Part shown: positions 28,219 through 37,157 of the stretch, in pieces
Position numbering within the stretch: the first letter of the stretch is position 1
Layout of the letters: every line of letters begins with the position of its first letter
From: Alphaproteobacteria bacterium
GTDB taxonomy: Bacteria; Pseudomonadota; Alphaproteobacteria; CADEGL01
NCBI GenBank assembly: GCA_046349515.1
Contig: JAXMCE010000001.1
Location: 19,809-83,808, forward strand
Direction of reading: 5' to 3'
Length of the DNA stretch: 64,000 nucleotides
Made by a program: the position numbers and the translations under genes
Notes under the pieces: model-generated
Databases searched by the model: none
What the model saw: the letters and a program-made list of their open reading frames with translations, nothing else
Told to the model about the DNA's origin: nothing

Positions 28219-28289
28219 TTGTCTCCTGCCGGAAGCGGTGACGCCGCATCCGGCCTCAGCAAGGCGATGGTATCGAAACGTCGATCCGC

Positions 28290-29222
28290 TCAGCGGAAGC
28301 GCGGAAGCACGCGCTCGGCGAACCGCTCGATCTGGCCCGGCACCTCGGCGAGCGGGCTCACCGGATTGACGACGAACTCGACGACGCCCGCCGCCTGGTA
28401 GCTTTCGATCACGCGCGCGCAATCCTCCGCAGTGCCGAAGGGAAAGCGCGCATCGTTCGGAAATTTGACCGCGTAGCCGTAACGCTCGCTCAAGGTCTTC
28501 TCGACGATCGCCTGCGCCTCGGCACGGCTTCCCGCCATGCAGTAATAGAGGTGCACGGCCGGCACGATGGATGAGGGATCCCTCCCCGCCTCCGCCGCCG
28601 TCTTTCTCAGCAGCGACAACTGCGCCGTGTAGCGCTCGACGCCTTCGCTGATGGGGACGAAGCCATCGCCGAAACGCGCCGCGCGTCTGACAGCGCCGTC
28701 CGATCCGCCGCCGATCCAGATGGGCGGATGCGGCTTCCGCACCGGCACAGGATGCATGTACGTGTCCTCGAAGCTGTAGAAGCGGCCGCGGTGGCTCACG
28801 CGCTCGCCCGACCAGAGCGCCTTCATAACCGCGATCTGCTCATCGCAGCGCGCGCCGCGCTCGCGCTGGTCGATGCCGATCATCCGGTAGTCGGCCGGCT
28901 GGGACAGCGTCGAGCCGCCGACGCCGATGCCGAGGACGAACCGCCCGCCCGAGAGCCGATCGATCGAAGCGGCGGCCTTGGCGAGATGGGCCGGATGGCG
29001 GAGCGGCGCGATGATGACGCAGCTTCCGACCGTGATGCGCTCGCTTCCCGCTGCGAGGCCGGCCAGCGCCACGAACGGATCGAGATTGGCCAACTGGTTG
29101 ACGAGACCGTCGGTCATCCAGACCGCGTCATAACCGAGCCTCTCGATGAGGGCCGCGTAGCGCGCGGGCGCGATCACGTCATGCAAACGGCTGTAAATGG
29201 CGCCGAATCGAGGCTTGGTCAT
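28290..29222 (-). CDS. LLM-class (luciferase-like) oxidoreductase
   Basis: 310 aa with LLM features: LGYDAVWMTD, GGRFVLGIGVGG and KPHPPIWIGG. A GGGGGA Shine-Dalgarno precedes the start. Confidence 0.85.
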   Translation of the reverse strand: MTKPRFGAIYSRLHDVIAPARYAALIERLGYDAVWMTDGLVNQLANLDPFVALAGLAAGSERITVGSCVIIAPLRHPAHLAKAAASIDRLSGGRFVLGIGVGGSTLSQPADYRMIGIDQRERGARCDEQIAVMKALWSGERVSHRGRFYSFEDTYMHPVPVRKPHPPIWIGGGSDGAVRRAARFGDGFVPISEGVERYTAQLSLLRKTAAEAGRDPSSIVPAVHLYYCMAGSRAEAQAIVEKTLSERYGYAVKFPNDARFPFGTAEDCARVIESYQAAGVVEFVVNPVSPLAEVPGQIERFAERVLPRFR

Positions 29223-29411
29223 CGATCCCCCCAGTGGTCGTGGGCCTATTACGGTCCCCCGGGAACTCTAGGCCCGGAACTCCGCCCCTAACAGCCCGGT
29301 ATTGCTGGCCAATCCACGCTCGGCTCGATTGGGGGCGGGCAGTTGCGCTACTCTCGCACCCCACGCTGCCCATTCCGGCGCCGCTCTCCCTACGCCCGAG
29401 GAAACCCCGCC

Positions 29412-30605
29412 ATGCCAGGCCCAACGACCGTCCGCCGAGAGCCGCCAAAGTTCACGCGCGCCGAATATGAAGGGCGGATCGAACGCGCCCGCGCGCTCAT
29501 GACCGAGGACAAGCTCGACGGCATGCTGGTCACGGCCGAGCCGACGCTTCCCTACTTCTCCGGCCTCGAGAGCCAGATCGCCTGGGTGAGCCCGTCGCGC
29601 CCCTGGCACCTGCTCCTGCCGCGCGACGGCGATCCGGTGGCGATCATCCCGGCGGCCGGTGTGCGCGAATGGAGCGAGACGTCGTGGATCAAGGACGTGC
29701 GCACCTGGCGCTCGCCCAATCCTGCGAACGAGGGTCTCGATCTCCTGGCCAGCGCCATCAAGTCGCTCAGGCGGAGCTTCAACCGGATCGGTGCCGAGCT
29801 CGGCCAGGAGGCGCGGCTCATCATGGCGCCCGGCGACCTCATGCGCCTCAAGGAGATGATCGGGCCCATCGAGATGCGCGACTGCCAGTCGATCATCCGG
29901 CGCCTGCGCTTCGTGAAATCCAAGGCCGAGATCGCGCACCTGAAGCACATCGCGACGATCGCATCGGACGCGTTCGAAGATTTGCCCAAACTGTTCAAGC
30001 TCGGCATGACCGATTCGGCGCTCCTGCGAGCGCTCGCGGCCGACATCTTCCTCCGCGGCGCCGACAAGGTGCCCTACATGGTGATCGGCTCGGGCAAGGG
30101 CGGCTATGATTCGACGAATCTCGGGCCCATCGGGCACAAATTCGCCAAGGGCGACGTCTTCCAGATCGACACGGGCTCGCGCTGGGGCGCCTATTTCTGC
30201 GACTTCTGCCGCAACTACGCGGTGGGCAAGCCCTCCGACGACGTCGTGCGGGCCTACGACACGCTGTGGCGCGCGACGGAAGCAGGCATCAAGGCCGCCA
30301 TTCCGGGCTCGACTTCGGCCGATCTCTTCCGCGCCCAGGCCAAGGTGATCGAGGGCGCGGGCTACGCGGTGAGCGATGGCGGACGCATGGGCCATGGGCT
30401 CGGGCGCAACTTGACCGAGCCGCCGTCGAACAAGCCCGATGACAAGACCGTGCTCGTGCCGGGCGCCGCCATGACGATCGAGCCGATGCTCAAGTTCGGC
30501 AAGGGCAAGATCATGGTCCACGAGGAGAACCTCGTCGTGACCGAGAGCGGGGCCAAGCTCCTCACCAAGCGCGCGCCGCGCGAGATCTGGGTGCTGAAAG
30601 CCTAG
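29412..30605 (+). CDS. M24-family metallohydrolase (creatinase/Xaa-Pro peptidase fold), paralogue B
   Basis: 397 aa from the ATG at 29412, which has a GAGGAAA Shine-Dalgarno. It is colinear with 24441-25652 (FTRAEYEGRIERARALMTEDKLDGML..., IDTG, CDF, GHGLG, TIEP, HEEN). Confidence 0.85.
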   Translation: MPGPTTVRREPPKFTRAEYEGRIERARALMTEDKLDGMLVTAEPTLPYFSGLESQIAWVSPSRPWHLLLPRDGDPVAIIPAAGVREWSETSWIKDVRTWRSPNPANEGLDLLASAIKSLRRSFNRIGAELGQEARLIMAPGDLMRLKEMIGPIEMRDCQSIIRRLRFVKSKAEIAHLKHIATIASDAFEDLPKLFKLGMTDSALLRALAADIFLRGADKVPYMVIGSGKGGYDSTNLGPIGHKFAKGDVFQIDTGSRWGAYFCDFCRNYAVGKPSDDVVRAYDTLWRATEAGIKAAIPGSTSADLFRAQAKVIEGAGYAVSDGGRMGHGLGRNLTEPPSNKPDDKTVLVPGAAMTIEPMLKFGKGKIMVHEENLVVTESGAKLLTKRAPREIWVLKA

Positions 30606-30662
30606 CGGCATCGTCAGGCGCCGATCTTCATGCCTCGGTAGCCGTTCGCGACCCCCTCCTTT

Positions 30663-30849
30663 CCTCCCCCTTGCAGGGGGAGGGAGAAAAAAGGACGACG
30701 CAGTCGCACTGTCTCTGCCGTTCTCTCCACTCATGGGTAGAGCCGATCACCGCGTCGGCACTGCAAGAAGACGAATCGCCCCACAGCGCCGGGGACGGCC
30801 GGAGACGACAACCGCGATTCCCTTGACCCTCCCCCTGCAAGGGGGAGGG
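30663..30849. repeat. Pair of inverted GC-rich hairpins (REP/MITE-like)
   Basis: CCTCCCCC-ttgca-GGGGGAGG at 30663-30683 and CCCTCCCCC-tgcaa-GGGGGAGGG at 30827-30849. The loops are reverse complements, so the two copies are in opposite orientation and flank ~143 bp. Confidence 0.5.
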
Positions 30850-30943
30850 ACGAGCGAAGCGAGCGGGTGGGGGTAAACGGCGTGGAATGTCCTTCGTTGT
30901 TCTCCGCCGTGGCGCGAATTTGAGGCTGCCGCCTTGCTCCCCG

Positions 30944-31540
30944 CTACAGCGTGAGTCCGGCCGGGACCGGCACGTTGAGCTCGCTCTTGACGCGGCGCGA
31001 GGTCGCAAGGTCGCGCGACCATTCGTAGAAGATGCCCTTGACGGAAGTGACGGTCACGCCCGCGTCGCGCAGACGCCGCAAGCCATGCTCGTGGTGCGGC
31101 ATCGGTGACGAGCACGCATCGTCGATGACGACCGAGCGATAGCCGGCGGCCTCGAGACCCAAGGCCGAATGGGCGATGCACACGTCGGTCTCGAGCCCCA
31201 CGAGGACCACGGTGCCGCGGCCGATTCGCTCGACCTCGTCCTTGATGTCCTTCTGGCGGTCGAGGCCGTAGATCATCTTGTTGAAGATCGTCGTGCCCGT
31301 GGGAAGGAGGCTCGACAGCTCGGGCATCAGGGGGCCGTTCCTGTCCACGTCCTCCGCCGTCGCGAGGATGGGAATGCCGAGAGCGCGCGCGACACGCATC
31401 AGCCAGCCGATGCGCGCGACGAGCGGCCCCCGCTCATGGAGAGGCAGCCGGTCGACGAAAAACTGCTGCACGTCGATGACGGCGAGACACGACTGGTCGC
31501 GCTCGACGATGCCCTGCTTGTTGCCGCGATCGATTGCCAT
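30944..31540 (-). CDS. Isochorismatase-family (cysteine) hydrolase
   Basis: 198 aa. LAVIDVQQFF holds the catalytic Asp region and VVLVGLETDVCIAHSAL the Cys nucleophile. Confidence 0.85.
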   Translation of the reverse strand: MAIDRGNKQGIVERDQSCLAVIDVQQFFVDRLPLHERGPLVARIGWLMRVARALGIPILATAEDVDRNGPLMPELSSLLPTGTTIFNKMIYGLDRQKDIKDEVERIGRGTVVLVGLETDVCIAHSALGLEAAGYRSVVIDDACSSPMPHHEHGLRRLRDAGVTVTSVKGIFYEWSRDLATSRRVKSELNVPVPAGLTL

Positions 31541-31620
31541 GGGCTCCCTCCCGTTCTAGCCACCCGGTGCGACGGCCACTATGCCGCGCCGCCTCGCCGA
31601 GGCCAATGGTCGCGGGCCGC

Positions 31621-32169
31621 TCACCGCTTCTTCCCCCAGTAGACCTGGTGGGCGTAGGTCCGGCCATCGGGCAGCTTGTTGAACTCATCCATGCTCATCT
31701 CGGCGCGGGGGAAGACAGGGTACTCGAAAGGCCAGGCGTTCTTGAGCCAACGCTTGGTGAAGGCGAGCACGTCCGCTTCGAGATCGTCGCCGGCATCGGT
31801 CACCCAGAGATAGACCACGACGTCGTGGTCCCGCTTGGGGCTCGGCATCAGGTAGACGCAGCCCCGATAGGACGGCCGCGTCGAGTCCTTGCCGCGGATC
31901 ACATAGGTGAAGCTCGTCCGCTTGTAGAACTCCTGCTCGTGCCAGCCGAGCTGCTGCATGTTGTAGTGGAGATCGTACCGTCCCTTGCCCGACAGGTCGG
32001 GCTCGTCCGAGAAGGCCGCGAGATGTCCGCGGTAGTCCTGCATGATCGCGGCGTAGTCTTCTGGCGCGTCCTTCAAGCGAAGCGGGTGAAGGTGGAATTT
32101 CGGGTGATCGGCGACCTCGGGCACCGCGAAGTCGTCGGGCACCAATCTGACACGGAATACGATCTGCAC
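31621..32169 (-). CDS. Hypothetical protein (182 aa)
   Basis: The GTG at 32169 has a GGGAGGGG Shine-Dalgarno and the ORF has good GC3. The part of the 247-aa track ORF upstream of this start looks non-coding. I recognise no family. Confidence 0.5.
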   Translation of the reverse strand: MQIVFRVRLVPDDFAVPEVADHPKFHLHPLRLKDAPEDYAAIMQDYRGHLAAFSDEPDLSGKGRYDLHYNMQQLGWHEQEFYKRTSFTYVIRGKDSTRPSYRGCVYLMPSPKRDHDVVVYLWVTDAGDDLEADVLAFTKRWLKNAWPFEYPVFPRAEMSMDEFNKLPDGRTYAHQVYWGKKR

Positions 32170-32379
32170 CGATGGCCCCTCCCAGGAATGCGCGCGGGGC
32201 GCGCCGACGGCTGCGCCACCCCTGCCCGCGTCGACCCTCGCTCGAGGAGAAATTGTAGCCCATTCCCGGCGCAGATCGGCTACCGCAGACGCGAAAGCCG
32301 GCGGCACGCCCGGCCGCGCCTCTCGTTCCAGCCTGCGTCTTCTTGTGGCATACTTCCCCTTCAACCGGTCTCGCTAAGG

Positions 32380-33405
32380 ATGGCGGCCGGCATTGAGGAT
32401 CGTGCGATGCAGGTGGACGATTTTGTCGGTGTCCGGAACGTGCTCGAGCCGCGGCGTTTGCGCGAGCTGTCGGAGCGTTCGGATACGAAGGGCCTGTTTC
32501 AGGCCGCGACCCATCTAGGCGCCATCGCGGCGACAACGACGGCGCTCGCGCTTACCTGGGGCACATGGTGGGCGGCGCCCTTCTTCTTCCTCCAGGGCAT
32601 CCTCCTCGTCCAGCTCTACGCGGCGGAGCATGAGTGCTATCACGCGACCGCGTTCAAGAGCCGGTGGTTGAACGACTGGTTCGGCCGCCTCTTCGGCTTC
32701 ATCAACTTCTATCCGAGCGACTACGACAAGTGGCAGCACTTCGCCCATCACCGCCACACGCAGGATTGGGAGAAGGACACCGAGTTGTTGAAGCGAAAGC
32801 CCTACACCTCGCCTTGGCAGCTGGTGTGGGTGCTCTCGGGCCTGCCGTTCTTCTACTACCGATTGAAGTCGATCATCGGCCACGCGGTGCGCCACATCCC
32901 GGAGAAGGTGTTCACGCCCAAACAGACGGAGATCCTCGTCCTCTCCGCGCGGCTTCACCTGCTCGGCTATGCGCTCATCGCGGCGAGCGCCGTCGCGATG
33001 GAGTCGTGGTGGCCGCTCATCTACTGGGTGGGGCCGATGGTCTCGGCCAAGTGGGTCTACTGGCTCCAGGGCATCAGCGAGCACACGGCGACGACGCACT
33101 ATCCGAACACGCTGCTCAACACGCGCACCTTCAAGACCAACGCCTTCATGCGCTGGGTGCACTGGAACATGGTCTATCACACGGTGCACCACACCTTCCC
33201 GAGCGTGCCGTTCCACCGCCTGCCGGAATTACACCGGGAAGTCTCGGCGAAATATCCGCACCCGCTGCCGGTCGTGACCTATTGGGGGTGCTTCATGATG
33301 CTCTTCCGCGAGCTCCGGCGCGGGCGGACCGAGCACGACATGGTGAGAGACGCAGACGCCGCCTTCGCCGCGCGGATGGGATTGCAGGCGAAAGCGGCGG
33401 AGTAG
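32380..33405 (+). CDS. Membrane fatty-acid desaturase-family di-iron enzyme
   Basis: Three His boxes are present: HECYH, HFAHHRH and HTVHH. An alternative ATG at 32407 has a GAGGA Shine-Dalgarno. The track ORF from 31534 is an extension. Confidence 0.85.
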   Translation: MAAGIEDRAMQVDDFVGVRNVLEPRRLRELSERSDTKGLFQAATHLGAIAATTTALALTWGTWWAAPFFFLQGILLVQLYAAEHECYHATAFKSRWLNDWFGRLFGFINFYPSDYDKWQHFAHHRHTQDWEKDTELLKRKPYTSPWQLVWVLSGLPFFYYRLKSIIGHAVRHIPEKVFTPKQTEILVLSARLHLLGYALIAASAVAMESWWPLIYWVGPMVSAKWVYWLQGISEHTATTHYPNTLLNTRTFKTNAFMRWVHWNMVYHTVHHTFPSVPFHRLPELHREVSAKYPHPLPVVTYWGCFMMLFRELRRGRTEHDMVRDADAAFAARMGLQAKAAE

Positions 33406-33444
33406 CGGCGTCTTTTCGGAACGTCTGTGCGGTAGAGCGGACGG

Positions 33445-34275
33445 CTAGACCCGCCCGATCACATCTTCGGATTCCTCGGCGATGGGCCCGTAGAGGTCGG
33501 GACGCCGGTCGCGGAGAATGGGGAAGCGCCGGCGCGCCTCGATGACCTTCTCGCGGTCGATCTCGGCGAAGAGGATTTTCTCGTTCTTCGAATCCGCCGA
33601 GTCGAGCACGACGCCCGTCGGATCGGCGATGAGACTCAAGCCCCCGAAATTCCAGCCGTCGTCGAGGCCGACCTTGTTGGCGGCGACGAGATAGGCGCCG
33701 TTCTCGAAGGCGCGGGTGCGCAGGATCTCCTGGTACATGTGCGTGCGCGTCGTGGCGTAGGGCGCGAGCAGGAGCTCGGCGCCATTCACGGTCAGCACAC
33801 GCGCCGTCTCGGGGAACATCATGTCGTAGCAGATGCCGATCCCGACGCGCCACTCGCCGAACGCATAGGTCGGCAGCTTCGAGCCATAACGGAAATAGAG
33901 CTTCTCGAGACTCTTCACCGCCGCCGGGTGGATCTTCCGGAACTTGAAGCGGATGGCGCCGTCGGGATCGACGTGCATGGCCGTGTCGAAGAGAAGCCCC
34001 GGCTGCTCCATCTCGTAGATGGTGGCGATGACGTGCACCTTGTTCTTCCGCGCGCAGTCGCGAATGGCCGTCATGGTGTAGCCGTCCTGGGGCTCGGCGA
34101 GCGCGCAATACTTCGTGTCCCAGTACTGGGCGAAGTAGATGGTGTTGAAAAACTCGGGCAGGAGCACGAGCTCGGCGCCGTGCGTCTTCACTGCTTCCTC
34201 GACATAGGCGCAGGCCTTGGCGACGTTCGCGTCCCGATCGGGCGTGCTGCCCATCTGAACGGCTGCGATCTTCAT
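33445..34275 (-). CDS. Carbon-nitrogen hydrolase (nitrilase superfamily amidase)
   Basis: Start MKIAAVQMG. The E-K-C triad context is present (LLPEFF, FRKIH, GIGICYD). Confidence 0.85.
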   Translation of the reverse strand: MKIAAVQMGSTPDRDANVAKACAYVEEAVKTHGAELVLLPEFFNTIYFAQYWDTKYCALAEPQDGYTMTAIRDCARKNKVHVIATIYEMEQPGLLFDTAMHVDPDGAIRFKFRKIHPAAVKSLEKLYFRYGSKLPTYAFGEWRVGIGICYDMMFPETARVLTVNGAELLLAPYATTRTHMYQEILRTRAFENGAYLVAANKVGLDDGWNFGGLSLIADPTGVVLDSADSKNEKILFAEIDREKVIEARRRFPILRDRRPDLYGPIAEESEDVIGRV

Positions 34276-34419
34276 GGCGGTCTCCACCCCTCACCTGTTC
34301 CGGCCACGATGGCCTGAGACCGCCGCCGAGACAAGGGCCCGGCCCCGACCTGCGGGGCGGGCATCCCTGGCGACCTTTTGATATAGTGGCGCCACACGCG
34401 CGAGTTGCGCCGATCCGTG

Positions 34420-35652
34420 ATGGAGCCGCCGATGTCCGCAGACGGAATCATGAACGGCCCTGAGGGCAAGATCCGCGAACTCATCGCCCGCTACCGGCCG
34501 GGCTTCTCCCTTCCGCAGGCCTTCTACGACGACCCGGACGTCTTCCGCCGCGACATGGAGCGTTTCGTCATGCGGCATTGGGTGTGCGTCGGGCATGTGA
34601 GCCGCGTGCCCAATCCGGGCGACTACTTCCTCTACGAGGCGGCCCGCGAGTCGGTCATCATCGTGCGCGGGGCGGACCGCGAGCTCCGCGCGCTCACGAA
34701 CGTCTGCCGCCACCGCGGCTCGCATGTGTGCCGGGAGAAGGCGGGCAACGCCAAGGTCTTCCTCTGCCCTTACCACGCCTGGGCCTACAACCTCGACGGC
34801 ACGCTCCGCTCGGCGCGCCACATGCCCGAGGATTTCGACGGCAGCGCCTACGGCCTGAAGCGCATTCATCTCCGCGTGGTCGAGGGGCTCATCCTCGTCT
34901 CCTTCGCGAAGGACCCGTTGGGCCTGGCCGAAGTCGAGCGCACCTTGACGCAGGGCTACGGCCCCTATGGCTGGGCGGACGCCAAGGTCGCCCACCGCGC
35001 GGTCTACAAGATTGACGCCAACTGGAAGCTCGCCGTCGAGAACTACGTCGAGTGCTACCACTGCGCGCCGGCCCATCCCGAGTACTCGAAGCTCCACGCC
35101 AACGAGCAGCCGCGCCCGAAGATCGCGGCGCTCGTCGCCGAGATGAACACGCGCGCCGCCGCCTGCGACATCGCCATCGAGAACCGCGACAAATGGGCGC
35201 TCGACGCGGCACCCGGCGAGGAGGCCGTCTACTGCGTGCGCTACCCCATGTACGACAAGACGGTCACCGGCACGGACGACGGCAAGCCCGCGGCACCGCT
35301 CATGGGCTCGTTCAAGGACTATGACGGCGGCAGCACCTTCATCCACATCGGCCCGGCGAGCTTCTTCCTCGCCTACCCCGACCACGGGCTCATGTACCTC
35401 TTCATTCCGAAGACGCCGCAATACTGCGAGATGGAGGTGTGCTGGCTCGTCCGGGGCGATGCGGTCGCGGGGAAAGACTACGACCTCGCGCGGCTCGTCT
35501 GGCTCTGGGACATCACGAGCGCGGCCGACAAGCGCATCATCGAGGACAACCAGAAGGGTATCAACTCGCGCTTCTACGAGCCGGGGCCGTTTGCGCCCAT
35601 GGAGATCAACGCGCGCCGGCTCGCCGATTGGTACCTGAAGGAGCTGGCTTAG
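34420..35652 (+). CDS. Rieske [2Fe-2S] non-haem-iron oxygenase alpha subunit (GbcA-like)
   Basis: Rieske motif CRHRGSHVC...CPYHAWAY plus a catalytic domain (NYVECYHCAPAHPEY). The start could be 34420 or 34432. Confidence 0.85.
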   Translation: MEPPMSADGIMNGPEGKIRELIARYRPGFSLPQAFYDDPDVFRRDMERFVMRHWVCVGHVSRVPNPGDYFLYEAARESVIIVRGADRELRALTNVCRHRGSHVCREKAGNAKVFLCPYHAWAYNLDGTLRSARHMPEDFDGSAYGLKRIHLRVVEGLILVSFAKDPLGLAEVERTLTQGYGPYGWADAKVAHRAVYKIDANWKLAVENYVECYHCAPAHPEYSKLHANEQPRPKIAALVAEMNTRAAACDIAIENRDKWALDAAPGEEAVYCVRYPMYDKTVTGTDDGKPAAPLMGSFKDYDGGSTFIHIGPASFFLAYPDHGLMYLFIPKTPQYCEMEVCWLVRGDAVAGKDYDLARLVWLWDITSAADKRIIEDNQKGINSRFYEPGPFAPMEINARRLADWYLKELA

Positions 35653-36679
35653 CGCGCCGGCGGCGCGGCACGGTTCGGCGCCGGCGGGGCGCGGGCTCGG
35701 GCGACGACGCACCGAAGCGCGCCCGGTAGTCGGCCGGTGCCACGCCGGTGTGGCGCTTGAAGACGGTGCGGAAGAAGGCAAGGTCGCCGTAGCCGACGGC
35801 GGAGCTGACCTCCTGGACCGAGCGTGCACCGGTTTCGAGCATCTGCTTCGCCATGGCGACGCGGAGGCGTTGTGCGTAGGCCAGCGGCTTCTCCCCCGTC
35901 GCCGCCTTGAAGCGCCGCTCGAAGGTGCGGGCGCTCATGCCGAAGCGCGCGGCGACATCCTCGAGCCGGATCGCCTCGCGGTAATGCCCCTGCAACCAGG
36001 ATTCCGCCTTGCGGATCTCCGAATCGGCATGGGGACGCGAGAGCGGCAGGACCGCGTAACCCGACTGCCATGTGCGCGGCATGTCGATGAGAAGCGTCCG
36101 CGCGCAGTCGCGCGCCGCGTCGTGGCCGCAGAATTTCTCGACGAGGTAGAGGCTCAAATCGATCGAGGAGTAGACGCCGCCGCCACAGAAGATGCCGTCA
36201 TCCTCGGTCACGAAGACGTCCGGACGCCAATCGGCCTTGGGATAGCGGCGCGCGTAGGCGTCCGCGAGCGCCCAATGGGTCGTCGCTTTCTTGCCATCGA
36301 GGAGTCCCGCCTCGGCCAAGAGCGCAACGCCCGTGCACACGGCCGCGATCGCCGCCCCGCGATCGCGCCAGCGGCGAAGCCAGGGCAACGCCGCGCGGTT
36401 GGCCGCGATCGCGGCATCCGTCTCGAGAGGCGCCGTCGCGACGAAGATGATGTCCGTGTCGCGAATGTCGTGGATCGAGTGTTCGGTCGCGACGCCCAGC
36501 CCGTAAGACGCGCGGACCTGGCGACCCGTCAGCGAGACGGGCGTGACGTCGAAGCGCGGCGCCGGCGCCGCGCCGCGCAGCAGATTCGTGACGCGTCCCA
36601 CCGAATGGAAGACCTCGATCGGCGCCACCGCCGTCGAGGCGTAGCCCTGCTCCGGGAAAAAGACCGTGACGTTGAGCAT
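35606..36679 (-). CDS. GlxA/GbdR-type regulator (DJ-1/PfpI-like domain + AraC HTH)
   Basis: Start MLNVTVFFPEQG. The GATase1-like domain has the pseudo-nucleophile region (IAAVCTGVALLAEAG). The C-terminal AraC HTH is present (MSARTFERRFKAATGEKPLAYAQRLR). An Arg-rich tail overlaps the convergent Rieske gene by 47 bp. Confidence 0.85.
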   Translation of the reverse strand: MLNVTVFFPEQGYASTAVAPIEVFHSVGRVTNLLRGAAPAPRFDVTPVSLTGRQVRASYGLGVATEHSIHDIRDTDIIFVATAPLETDAAIAANRAALPWLRRWRDRGAAIAAVCTGVALLAEAGLLDGKKATTHWALADAYARRYPKADWRPDVFVTEDDGIFCGGGVYSSIDLSLYLVEKFCGHDAARDCARTLLIDMPRTWQSGYAVLPLSRPHADSEIRKAESWLQGHYREAIRLEDVAARFGMSARTFERRFKAATGEKPLAYAQRLRVAMAKQMLETGARSVQEVSSAVGYGDLAFFRTVFKRHTGVAPADYRARFGASSPEPAPRRRRTVPRRRRAKPAPSGTNRRAGAR

Positions 36680-36791
36680 GGCGAACGCCCTATGTCGTAA
36701 TGACCACCCTAGATTGTCGATTCCGACATCTGGAGTCAACGGCGTCAGGGTGTCAGGTTACGCGCCGCCGACAACACGACGGAGAACTACC

Positions 36792-37067
36792 ATGAAGAAG
36801 TTCATCATCGAGCGCGAAATCCCCGCCATCGGCAGCAAGGCCCGCGAGGAGCTGCGCGCCGCCGCGCAGAAGTCGAACGAGGTGCTGGCCAAGCTCGCGC
36901 CCCGCGTCCAGTGGATCGAGTCCTATGTCGCGGGCGACAAGACCTTCTGCGTCTATCTCGCCGAGGACGAATCGGTCATCCGCGAGCACAGCAAGCTGAG
37001 CGGCTTTCCGGCCAACAAGATCACAGAAGTCCGCAAGATGATCGATCCGACGACGGCCGCGAGCTGA
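36792..37067 (+). CDS. DUF4242-like small protein
   Basis: 91 aa, starting MKKFIIEREIP. A GGAGAA Shine-Dalgarno precedes it. The family assignment is from memory. Confidence 0.6.
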   Translation: MKKFIIEREIPAIGSKAREELRAAAQKSNEVLAKLAPRVQWIESYVAGDKTFCVYLAEDESVIREHSKLSGFPANKITEVRKMIDPTTAAS

Positions 37068-37103
37068 CGCCCGGCGCTCGGTCGCGCGGACGGCACAAAC
37101 GAA

Positions 37104-37130
37104 ACCGGCGCTCCCTCGAGGAGCGCCGGT
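37104..37130. terminator. Bidirectional intrinsic terminator between convergent genes
   Basis: An 11-bp perfect stem, ACCGGCGCTCC-ctcga-GGAGCGCCGGT. T-rich tails occur on both strands: caacaCTTTTc on plus and TTTCGTTTGT on minus. Confidence 0.55.
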
Positions 37131-37157
37131 CAACACTTTTCGGGAAATTCGCGTCGT

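Noticed and set aside
30606-30943. The GC-rich hairpins here and at 38.8, 42.5 and 46.6 kb as a CRISPR array.
   Set aside because: The copies are single or paired, not regularly spaced, and differ in sequence family and orientation. No cas genes are present.
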